Shown: positions 22,701 to 34,700 of the stretch, in pieces
How positions within the stretch are numbered: the first letter of the stretch is position 1
Layout: each line of letters opens with the position of its first letter
Source: Malacoraja senta
Lineage: Eukaryota
Assembly: GCA_038087875.1 (NCBI GenBank)
Contig: CM075981.1
Location: forward strand, 1,302,001 to 1,366,000
Direction: 5' to 3'
Length of the DNA: 64,000 bases
Position numbers and translations under genes: made by a program
The notes under the pieces: generated by a model
Told to the model about the DNA's origin: nothing
Seen by the model: the letters and a program-made list of their open reading frames with translations, nothing else
Databases searched by the model: none

Positions 22701-25700
22701 TGGTCCTGTGTAATGAAGCAGGATTAATTAAAAATGTCATAGTTAGGGACTCGTAGGGAACAAGTGACCACAATATGGTCGAATTCCATATTCAAATAGA
22801 AGGGGAGCAGGTTGAAACTCAGGCTAGGGTACTTAGTCTAAATAAGGGGGATTATGAAGGTATGAGGACGGAGCTGATCAAAGTTGACTGGGATAGCAGA
22901 CTCAAGAATAAGACGGTACATGAGCAGTGGTGTACGTTTAAGGATCTACTGTATAACCTTCAAGAAAAATTTATTCCTATGAAGAAAAAAAGGGGTAAGG
23001 GAAAGAACAGTCAGCCATGGCTCAGTAAAACTATAAAGGATAGTATTCGGCTGAAGGCAAGGGCATATAAGGTAGCCAGAGATAGTGGGAGGGTAGAGGA
23101 TTGGGAAGCATTTAAAGGTCAGCAAAAAATAACTAAGAGATTAATTAAGACGGGGAAAATAGACTATGAAAGGAATTTAGCGAACAACATAAAAACTAAT
23201 AGTAAGTGTTTTTATAGCTATATAAAAAGAAAAAGGGTGGCTAAGGTGAACGTTGGTCCATTGGAGGGTGAGACTGGAGAGTTGTTGGTGGGGAACATGG
23301 AAATGGCAAAGGCATTAAACGAGTATTTTGTATCAGTCTTCACCATAGAAGACACAAAAAATATTCCAACGCTGGATAAACAGGGGGCGGTAGGAATGGA
23401 GGAGCTAAATACCATTAAGATCACCAAGGAGGTGGTATTAGGGAAATTAATGAGACTGAAGGAGGATAAATCCCCTGGGCCTGATGGATTACATCCAAGG
23501 GTCTTGAGGGAGATAGCGGTGGGGATTGTGGATGCATTGGTGATAATTTTCCAAAACTCCCTGGAGGCAGGAACGGTCCCAGTGGATTGGAAAATGGCCA
23601 ATGTAACACCTATATTTAAAAAAGGAAGTAAACAGAAGGCGGGTAACTATAGACCGGTTAGTCTAACATCGGTGGTGGGTAAAATGTTAGAGACAATTAT
23701 TAAAGAAACACTAACGGGGCACTTGGATAAACATGACTTCATCGGACAGAACCAGCATGGTTTTGTGAAGGGGAAGTCCTGTTTGACAAATCTGCTCGAA
23801 TTCTTTGAGGAAGTAAATACCCGGGTGGATAAAGGGGAACCGGTGGATGTGGTATACTTGGACTTCCAAAAGGCTTTTGACAAGGTGCCACATAAGAGAC
23901 TATTGCTAAAAATAAAAAATTATGGGATTGGGGGTAATATATTAGCATGGGTAGAGGATTGGCTAACAAATAGGAAGCAGAGAGTGGGGATAAATGGTTC
24001 ATACTCGGGATGGCAACCGGTAACTAGCGGGGTTCCGCAAGGGTCGGTGTTGGGACCCCAGTTGTTCACAATTTATATAAATGATTTGGAGGAGGGAACC
24101 AAGTGTAATATATCAAAATTTGCGGACGATACAAAAATGGGAGGAAAAGTAGGGGATGAGGAGGATAGGAAGAGTCTGCAAAAGGATATAGATAAGCTAG
24201 GTGAGTGGGCAACAACTTGGCAGATGAAATTTAATACTAATAAATGTGAAGTCATTCACTTTGGGGAAAAAAATGATAGGGCAAGTTATTTTCTAAATGA
24301 GGTGGAGCTGCGTTGTAATGCAACGCAAAGGGATCTAGGGGTAGTAGTACATGAATCACTAAAAGTTAGTATGCAGGTGCAGCAAGCAATCAGGAAGGCC
24401 AATGGAGTTTTGGCCTTTATTGCTAGGGGGATTGAGTATAAAAACACGGAGGTCTTGCTGCAGCTGTACACAGTATTAGTGAGACCACATTTGGAATACT
24501 GTGTACAGTTCTGGGGTCCATACTTAAGAAAGGATGTACTGGCCCTGGAGGCAGTGCAGCGAAGGTTTACAAGATTAATTCCTGCAATGAGGGGATTGAC
24601 ATATGAGGAAAGGTTAAGTAGGCTGGAACTCTACTCTTTGGAGTTTAGAAGAATGAGAGGCGATCTCATTGAAACATATAAGATCGTGAGGGGCCTTGAT
24701 CGGGTGGATGCACCGAGGATGTTCCCAATGATCGGGGAAACTAGAACTAGGGGACATAGTTGTAGAATAAGGGGGGGCTCTTTTAAAACTGAGATGAGGA
24801 AGAACTTCTTCACCCAGAGGGTGGTTAATTTATGGAATTCACTGCCCCAGGGAGCAGTGGAAGCAGAAACATTAAATATATTTAAGTCTAAAATAGATGG
24901 TTTTTTAGCTGCCAAGGGGATAAGGGGCTACGGGGAGAAGGCAGGGATATGGACCTAGGTATGGTTAGTATAGTAAGACCTGAGTGATCTCCTGGACAAG
25001 TGTCGATCGCCTGGATTGGGGTCGGAGAGGAATTTCCCGGATTTTTTTCCCGAATTGGACCTGGGTTTTTATCCGGTTTTTTGCCTCCCCCAGGAGATCA
25101 CGCGGTTCTTGGGGTGGAGAGGGGTGATAGCGGTATAAAGGGGAGGGTAGTGTCTTGTGTTCTGTGTCTTGTGTCTACTGTTTGTGGGTAAGGGTGTCTG
25201 TTTAGTGTTCAGCCATGAGCGAATGGCGGTGCGGGCTCGGTGGTCTACTCTCGCACCTACTTTCTATGTTTCTATGTTTCTATGTACTGACCCGGGGACA
25301 GATCACTGACACAATTGGTACAATAACAGCACTGCCTGCACTTCAGACCGGAGACATTGGTCGGGAAGCAATATGACACATAATGGAATGATTTAATCTT
25401 CAAAATGTATATATTTCCATTAAAAAACAGTTCATTTGCTCTCCATCTGAAATTTTCTCCCTTCAGTTTCAGGTGCAAGGTGGGAACCGAAGCATGTAAG
25501 AGGTGTTGTGGGACGAGCGTTCACAATCGATTGTCACTATGAAGCACGGTACCGGTCAGACACAAAATACTGGTGCCGTGGGTGGAGTCGCCGGTGTACA
25601 GTTTTAGTGAAAACAAATGGGCTACACGGACGGAGTGGAAGAGTGTCAATCACAGATAAACCGGCACTAGGAATATTTACTGTGACTGTGGAGGATCTTC

Positions 25701-28700
25701 AATATGGAGATACAGGATGGTACAACTATGGAATTGCAACATCTTTCGAGGATCCATTGTTTCCCGTACATCTCCAAGTATCTGACGGTACGTTTCGCAG
25801 CGATTGACTTGACGTCTCTACTAAAATGCCTGATCCATGTTTTCACCGGGAAGGGTCAGGGCAGCACCGATATCCCGAGGCGCTGCAGCAGTGCAGAGGC
25901 CTGCGGGGAGCGGGCGGGGGTCGGGAAACCCCACTCATGTTGCTCTCACCCAGTGCGGGCTCTGGCCCACTGAGCGGCCACCCACTTCAAGTGGGATGCT
26001 CAGCACATTTCCCTTCCTCTAAACTGTATGAAATGTCACCCTGTCAGATGTTTGCATTCCGACTCAAACTAATAATCCGACAGATCAGTGAGAAACAATT
26101 GGGCGGGAAACGGCCAGCCCGTTTCCCGCCCACACCTCAGGGATCAGTCACCCCCTCCCCACCCCGCGCTTTCCCTCTCTCCCTCTTCCCCTACAATGCG
26201 CCCCCACCCCCATCAGCCACTGTCCACCCACTGCCACGCAGCCTCTCCACCCGGACATTTCCCCGGTTTTAACCAGAATAAACTCATCTATCAGCCCATC
26301 AGCCCAACTCCCTGGTCAACGACTCGTCCTTTCCCACCCAAACCAACCTGTCCCCAGGTACGTTCCCCTACAACTGCAGGAGATGCAACACCTGTCCCTG
26401 TACCTCCCCTCTCTACTCCGTTCAAAGAACCCAACAGTCTTTTCGGGTGAGGCAGATGTTCACTTGCATCTCCTTCCACCTCATCTACTAAATCCGCTGA
26501 TCCAGGTGTGAACTCCTATATATCGGTGAAACCGAGCGCAGACACGGAAATCGTTTCGCTGAACAACTCCGCTCAGTCTGCCTCGGCCTACGCTACTTAC
26601 CGATTGCTAAACACTACCAACACTTCCCCCTCCTATTCCCAAACAGACCTTTCTGTCCTGGACCTCCTCCACTGTCAGAGTGAGGCCAAACGCAAATTGG
26701 AGGAAGAGCACCTCATATTTCGCTTTGGCAGCTTACAACCCATCGGTTTGAATATTGACTTCTCTAACTTCAAGTAACCTTTGGTCTACTACTGTCTCCA
26801 TCCCGCCCCCATCCTCGTCTCTCATTAGTTTCACTGTCATCCTGATTTAGTTTACAGATTGTATGCCTTGTTGTCACATTCCCTTCAGCTGACAATGATC
26901 CATTCTACATTTTCCTCTAGCATTTTCACCTTTGATCACTTGTTTCCACACCTGACCTTTCCATTTCTCTTCTGTCCCTGTCCCATGACTCTCGGGCTGA
27001 AAAAGGGTCTCGACCCGAAACGTCACCCATTCCTTCTCTCGAGAGATGCTGCCTGCTCCACTGAGTTACTCCAGCATTTTGTGCCTATCTTAAAGGGATC
27101 GTAAATAGTTTTCCGCAGCAGAGATGGTTAAGTATGTGTAGACATGTAATGGGGGAAATGGAACTCAGTGCATTGTGGTGATGGATCTGAAATCACATTT
27201 GAATATCTAGACTATGTTCGTAGTTTTACCACTGTTGACACATGGTCTAATTGCATCCTGATGATAGTTGATCGGCATAAAATAGGGAATGAATTTGGAG
27301 CATATAATCCAAGACACCTTGACCGAAGGACAGAGGTTTCAACACCACCAGGAAGTTAATTCTACACTTTTAAAATATGTTTACAACTGAGGTGGAACAG
27401 GACTGTCGTCTCATTGTGTCAGTTCAAATATTCCCCGCATTTGTCCGGCTCAACTCTTGTCGCAAACCCAACAATTCCCCGGAGTCTGAGACTGAACCAC
27501 TGTCCTCGCTCGATTCACCCACCCCCAACTCTCTCTCCATCATCTCTCCGATCCGCGGCCCAGTCGTGCTGAAATGTCCAGGGCAAGCCGGGGTCATTGG
27601 GAATAGAACATGTTCCCGATGAGCAGCTACCCATTTGGCTCCTAATTCAGTTTAGTTTATTGTCACATGTACTGAGATACGGTGAAATGCTTTTTTGTTG
27701 CGTGCTAACCAGCCTGCAGAAAGCAATACGTGATTACAATCGAACCTCTTACAGTGCGTAGATACATGAAAAGGAAATAACGTTAAGTGTAAGGTAAAGC
27801 CGGCAAAGTCCGATCAAGTGTCGTCCGAGGTTCATCAAAGGGGTAGATAAAAGTCTAGCACTTCTCTCTGTTTGTGATACAATGATTTTGATACCTGATA
27901 ACAGCTGGGAGAAACTGCCCCCGAATCTGTTTATCACTCACCGAAAGTAAGCATGCAGGTGGAGCAGGCAGTGAAGAAAGCTAGTGGCATGTTGGTCTGC
28001 ATAACAAGATGAGTTAAGTTTGGGATCCTTCTGCAGTTGTACAGGGGCCTAGTGAGACCACATCTGGAGCTTTGTATGCCGTTTTGAACAACAAATTTGC
28101 GAATTCTGGATGATCAGCGATGATCACATTGAATGGCGGTGCTGGCTTGAAGGGCCGAATGGCCTACTCCTACACCTATTGTCTATTCATTAATTGTCTA
28201 TTATTGCACCTAAAGCTTATATATTACGTTTTGATATGTATTTTATGGTATTTTTATATGCAATGTGTTTTATGTGATGTCGTCCGTCGTCTGGACCTTG
28301 AGTCCGATATAAAGTTTAATAATAATAATAATAATATTTGTACATCTCCATCATGCCCGTTGCCAGAACTGCCATGTCTGCCACTATACCAGTGCACAGC
28401 AGAACCATCTCTCTCTCTCAGAAAGCTCCTTCTCCTTACAATTTATCAGATTTACAGGGCCCTTCAGTTGTACAGGGCCCTAGTGAGACCACACCTGGAG
28501 TTTTGTGTGCAGTTTTGAACTGCAGATTTGAGGAAGGACATTTTTGCTATNNNNNNNNNNNNNNNNNNNNNNNNNNNNNNNNNNNNNNNNNNNNNNNNNN
28601 NNNNNNNNNNNNNNNNNNNNNNNNNNNNNNNNNNNNNNNNNNNNNNNNNNNNNNNNNNNNNNNNNNNNNNNNNNNNNNNNNNNNNNNNNNNNNNNNNNNN

Positions 28701-31700
28701 NNNNNNNNNNNNNNNNNNNNNNNNNNNNNNNNNNNNNNNNNNNNNNNNNNNNNNNNNNNNNNNNNNNNNNNNNNNNNNNNNNNNNNNNNNNNNNNNNNNN
28801 NNNNNNNNNNNNNNNNNNNNNNNNNNNNNNNNNNNNNNNNNNNNNNNNNNNNNNNNNNNNNNNNNNNNNNNNNNNNNNNNNNNNNNNNNNNNCTCCACCT
28901 CTCATATTGAAAAGCAAGGCCAATCTAAAATTGAGCAAGAGAACATTATACCTGTTAGAGAAACTGGGCGCAGTGGTTTCCTGATGATTGTTTTCGGGTG
29001 TTACTTTTGTATTTGAAGTAAACGCTATAGTTGTTAACGACTCACTAATAGATTCAGGTTCTGTTGATAAAAGGAAATAAAAGACAATTAAAGATAGACA
29101 AAAAATGCTGGAGTAACTCAACGGGACAGGCAGCATCTCTGGAGAGAAGGAATGGGTGAAGCACTGCCTGCACTTCAGACCGGAGACCGTCAGACTGGCT
29201 GTGAAGCAATATGACACATCATGGGACGATTTAAGTTTTCTTTATATAATTTTCAAAATGTATCTACTTTCATGAATCAGTTCAATTCCTCTCAGTTCTG
29301 AAAGTTTCCCCTTTCAGTTTCAGATGCAGTGAAGGGAGAGACGTATGTAAGAGGAGTTCTGGGAAGAGCGATCACAATCGATTGTAACTATGCAGCAGAG
29401 TACCGCTCACACACAAAATACTGGTGCCGTGCTCGGACTCACCAATGTTCAGATATGGTGGAAACAAATGGGCAACACGGACGGAGTGGAAGAGTGTCAA
29501 TCACAGATAACCCGGCACGAGGAATATTTACTGTGACTGTGGAGGATCTTCACTCTGGAGATACAGGATGGTACAGATGTGGAATTACTACACCTGGCGA
29601 CCATCCAATGTTTCCCGTACATCTCGAAGTATCTGATGGTACGTTTCGCAGCGATTGACTTCATGTCTCCACTGAAATGCCTGATCCATGTTTTCGCCGG
29701 GAAGGATCAGGGCAGCACCGATATCCCGAGGCTCCGCAGCAGTGCAGAGACCTGCGGGGAGCGGGCTGGGGTGGGGAAACCCCCATTCATGTTGATCTCA
29801 CCCAGTGCGGGCTCTGTCCCACTGAGCGGCCACCCACTTCAAGTGGGACGCACAGCACATTTCCCTGCCTCGGAACTGTATGAAATGTCACCCTATCAGA
29901 GGTTTGCAATCCGACTCAAACTAATAATCCGACAGATCAGTGAGAAACAAGGGTTGCTCGCGTTCTGAATACCCAGAGATTTTCTTTTAAAGGGAATCAG
30001 TCCCCAGAGCTCAACAGACTGCGTTCAGTCCTCTCGGGGCAGACCAGCCCGCTTCCCGCTTCCTCCCCACCCCGCTCGCTCTCTTTCCCTCTGTCCCGTC
30101 AATGCGCCCCGAGGCCCAGCAGCCACTGTTCACCCACCGCCCGGCAGCCAGCCAGTCTCTCCACCCAGACATTTGCCCGGTGATAAGCAGAATAACCTCA
30201 TCTTTCGCCACATCAGCCGTCGCATACAAGATATAATCATCCGACATTTTCGCCACCTCCTACGGGATCCCACAACTAGCCACATCTTTCCATCTCCACC
30301 GCATTCAGCTTTCTGAAGAGACCGTTCCCTCCGCGACTCCCTGGTCAACTCGTCCTCCCCCCGAAGGACAGAGGTTCCAACATCACCACGAAGTTAATTC
30401 TACACTTCTAAAATGTGTTTACAACTGAGGTGGAAGTCAGGATTGTGGACTCATTATGTCAGTTCAAATATTCCCTGCATTTGTCCAACTCAACTCAATC
30501 GCAAACCGAACAATTCCTCGGAGTCTGAGACTGAACCACTGTCCCCGCTCTATCCACCCAACCCCAAATTTCTCTCCATCCTCTCTCCAATCCGCGGCCC
30601 AGTCGTGCTGAATTGTCCAGGGCGAACCGGGGTCATTGGGAATAGAACCTGTCCCCGATGAGCAGCGGGACATTTGGCTCCCAAATCAGTTTAGTTTATT
30701 GTCACGTGTACCATGGTACAGCGAAAAGCTTTTTTGTTGCGTGCTAACCAGACAGCAGAAAGACAATCCATGATTACAATCGATCCTCTTACAGTGCGCA
30801 GATACATGAAAAGGAAATAACGTTTAGTGCAAGGTAAAGCCAGCAAAGTCCGATGAAGGGAATTCCGAGGGTCATCAAAGATGTAGATAGGGGTTCAGAA
30901 CTACTCACTGTTTGTGGTATGATGATTCAGATGGCTGATAACAGCTGGGAAGAAACTGTCCTAGAATCTGACAGTGTGCGTTTTCAAGCTAGTAACGCTC
31001 TCCGGTAACGAAGCCGCTTTATTGTAAACCGCCGCCCTCTGTCCTCATTCAGGGCTATGTAAAGGCAGTGGCGGCGGTGAATGTCTAAACACGGGTCCGG
31101 CCCAGTGTCGGTTGAGAAATGAATGTTGGCAGCGCAGCCGGCGGCACCGCCATTGAAATAGCAAAGTGGGGTATTTCTGTAGGGTGAGAGGACGGGCACC
31201 GCCTGGGATTGTTGAAAGGCAGCTCCTGCAACACTGCCACGCTCCCTCAGTACCGCACTGCGATCCCAGCCGAGTTTCTGCTCAGGGATCTGGAGTGGGA
31301 AGTGAACCTAAATTGTACTGACCCGGGGACAGAACACTGACACAACTGGTACAATAACTGCACTGCCTGCACTTCAGACCGGAGACATTGTCCGTAAAGC
31401 AATATGACACATCATGGAACGATTATGATTTCTTTCGTGTAATCTTCCAAATGTATCTATTTCCAGTAAACAGTTCATTTGTTCTCCATCTGAAAGTTTC
31501 TCCCCTCCATTTCAGCTACAGTGTGGGGAGAGAGGAATGTAACAGGAGTTGTGGGAAGAGCGATCACAATCGATTGTCACTATGCAGCAGAGTACCGCTC
31601 ACACACAAAATACTGGTGTCGTGGGAGGAGTCGCCAATGTACAAATATAGTGGAAACAAATGGGCAGCACGGAGGGAGTGGAAGAGTGTCAATCACAGAT

Positions 31701-34700
31701 AACTCGGCACGAGGAATGTTTACTGTGACTGTGGACGTTCTTCACTCTGGAGATACAGGATGGTACAGCTGTGGAATTACTACATCTGGCGACCATCCAA
31801 TGTGTAACGTACATCTCCAAGTATCTGACGGTAGGTTTCGCAGCAATTGACTTGACGTCTCCACTGAAATGCCTGATCCATGTTTTCTCCGGGAAGAGTC
31901 AGGGCAGCACCGATATCCAGAGGCTCCGCAGCAGTGCAGAGACCTGCGGGGAGGGGGCGGGGGTCGGGAAACCCCACTCATTTTGCTCTCACCCAGTGCG
32001 GGCTCTGTCCCGCTGAGCGGCCACACCTCAAGGATCATCACTCCCTCCCCACCCCGCTCTCTCTCTCTCTCTCCCTCTGCCCCGTCAATGCGCCCCCACC
32101 CCCAGCAGCCACTGTCCACCCACCGCTGGCAGCCAGCCAGCCTGTCCACCCGGACATTTCCCCGGTGGTAAGCATAATAAACTCATCTTTCGCCCCATCA
32201 GCCGTCGCACACAACATATAATCCTCCAACATTTTCGCCATCTCTAGCGGAATCCCACAACTAACCGCATCTTTCCATCTCCACCGCTTTCTGCTTTCCG
32301 AAGAGACTGTTCCCTCCGCAACTCCCTGGATTACTCGTCCTCGCAGAGATGCAGATGAGCCGGTGAGATATCAACCGGACGATTCGGGCTGAGATAAAGG
32401 GCTGCTGAGATTTAGCAACTGTTTATTTGTTAACTGTTCATACAGGTGACGGAATGTTTGCTCCATTCCCACAGAACCTGTGTCTGTTCCTGTGCTCAGA
32501 TATCTGTCAGCAGCAAATGCCTCACGTCTCGGCGGCTCAGTGTCAGTGTCCTGTGAGGCTGTCGGTGGATCCCTTCCCATCCATTACACATGGTTTGAGA
32601 AGAACGAGCATTGGGTTTCAACGATCTTGAAAAGCAATCAACTGGATCTGAGTTGTGAAATCCTCGGAGGTCAAAACCGTCAATTTTACTGCACAGCCTC
32701 AAATAACCGTGGGACAAAATCCGGTGAAATGCTCAACGTGAAATTCTTCAAAGGAGCAGGAACGTGCAGTTATGTGACAGAAATCAATAATACAGGTGAG
32801 TGTTATTTTCCCGTGGGAATACTGTTTCACAATTCCTCTTGTGTTCTTGGAGCTGCTGCTTTTCGCCTTGTGGTTATGTTCGTGGGTTCTTGGTATTTGC
32901 AAACGGCATCATTGCAGCCACCGTGAGCTCATGGTGTAAAATGCGAGAGTTTGCTTGGGGGACTGGCAAATAATTGCCTGATGCTTTCACCTGGGAGCTG
33001 ATGAGCAATTTCAGCAAAGGAGAGAAATAAATGCACTTATCACAACAGGTTAAGTGCAATACATCAAATTGCTGCCTTCTGCCTTAAAAACGATTTTCTG
33101 GCTGCCGCTTAAGATCTCAAAGTCAATTTGAGAAAGAGAAATGCATTCTGTTTGGATCCATCATCATTTAAAACCAAGGATGGACAATTTCATGATCATG
33201 TTCATGATTTTATCTCTTTTAAATAAGTGTGAATCACTGGAACTTAAGTAATCTCACAAAATTAACGTGGAATCTACTTGGACGACACTCCATCAATATA
33301 ACCCTTACTTTTGTCAGATAATTTTGTATCCCAGTAGGTGTGGGAACGCTCAGATTGGAAGTCCATAAGTGTGAATGGTTTACATCAGCGAGACCAAGCG
33401 CAGCCTAGGCCAGTGCTTCTGAAACTATTTCAGCGTCGTTCACCCTTGAGTCTTTATCACAAAATTTCATTCACCCTCGACTAAATGTTCTTATGTTTTT
33501 TAGGTAATTTTCATCTTATTCTCCCTTGTGTATAATTGTATATACAATTTATATTGTCACATGAGCAAAAAATACAATTCACTCCAAAGTAATTTCATTC
33601 ACACTTGGGTGAACCATTCATCAGTTAAGAAGCATTGGTCTAGGCCACAATTTCACTGAACACTTGTGCTTGGTCTGTCATGACCCAGAATCGCGCTTGA
33701 TAGACACCCCATCCTCAACCTCCCACGCTGATACAGAGCAGCAGCAATTTGCACCATCTGCAAGATGCACTGCAGCAACTCACCAAGACTCCACCGACAG
33801 CGCCTTCCAATTGCAACAGGCTCCGTGTTCAATGCATCATTCTTCACCATTCACACCCACATTGGCTGGGAACGCCTGTGCAGATGGTGAGGGACGGTGT
33901 ACAGTATCTGTCTCTCATCGCAATCAAGGTGGAATTCAACAGTTAACAAAATGGGCGGTCTCCCCTGTGCACACTGATGTATACGATAATGTATATGTTT
34001 GTAAAAGGCTAATTTTGTTCTTCAATTCATGAAATATGTTTCCTTCAGTTTCAGGTGCTCTGTGGGCAGAGAGCGAAGTAGGCGGGGTTGTGGGAAGATC
34101 GATCTCAATCGATTGTCACTATTCAGCAGTGTATCGCTCACACATAAAATACTGGTGCCCTGGGACAAGTCGCCAGTGTACACATGTAGTGGAAACAAAT
34201 GGGAAATATGAACAAAGCGGAAGAGTGTCAATCACAGATAACCCGGCACGAAGAATATTTACTGTGACTGTGGAGGATCTTCAATCTGGAGATACAGGAT
34301 GGTACAGTTGTGGAATTACTACACCTGGCGAACCAACATTTAAAGTACATCTCCAAGTATCTGAAGGTAGGTTTCTCAGTGAGTGACTTTATGTCTCCAC
34401 TTTGGCATCCGCACAAAATATTTGGTAGGTGGGAGTCTGGTGCACAGTTCTGGTCGCCGCTTTATAAAACAAAAGATGTGAAAGGTTTGGAGAGGTTGCA
34501 GAAAATGTTCACCGCGATATTTAGTTGTCGTTTACAAATGCAACATGGAAACGGATCCTGCGGCCCACCGAGTCCACACCAACTAGCGATCTCCGGTCAC
34601 ACTAGTCCTGTTATTCCACTTTCCCATGCGCTCCCTACACACAATTCTGCAATACCGCCATTCAGACACGTCATTAATGAGGAGAAGGAGCTTTCTGCCG

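Larger units (their letters stand above)
1..30837 (+). repeat. Tandem segmental duplication, copy A (matches 37886..64000)
   Basis: Colinear throughout: position 16 matches 37901, 25289 matches 57402, and 30837 matches 64000. The offset changes are explained by the copy-specific insertions and deletions. Confidence 0.97.

Noticed and set aside
25826-26450. Pro-rich ORFs of 120-150 aa after each V exon
   Set aside because: GC-rich intron and Penelope-derived sequence downstream of clear splice donors; frames are not conserved between V1, V2 and V3 cassettes.
28338-29217. Long ORFs spanning 28.3-29.2 kb and 60.4-61.2 kb
   Set aside because: Artefacts of translating N runs as X.
33338-33408. 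Possible Cys mini-exon after C2a (GVGTLRLEVHKCEW...)
   Set aside because: No homology to the EYSC mini-exon at nucleotide level, and it runs into TAG with no donor.
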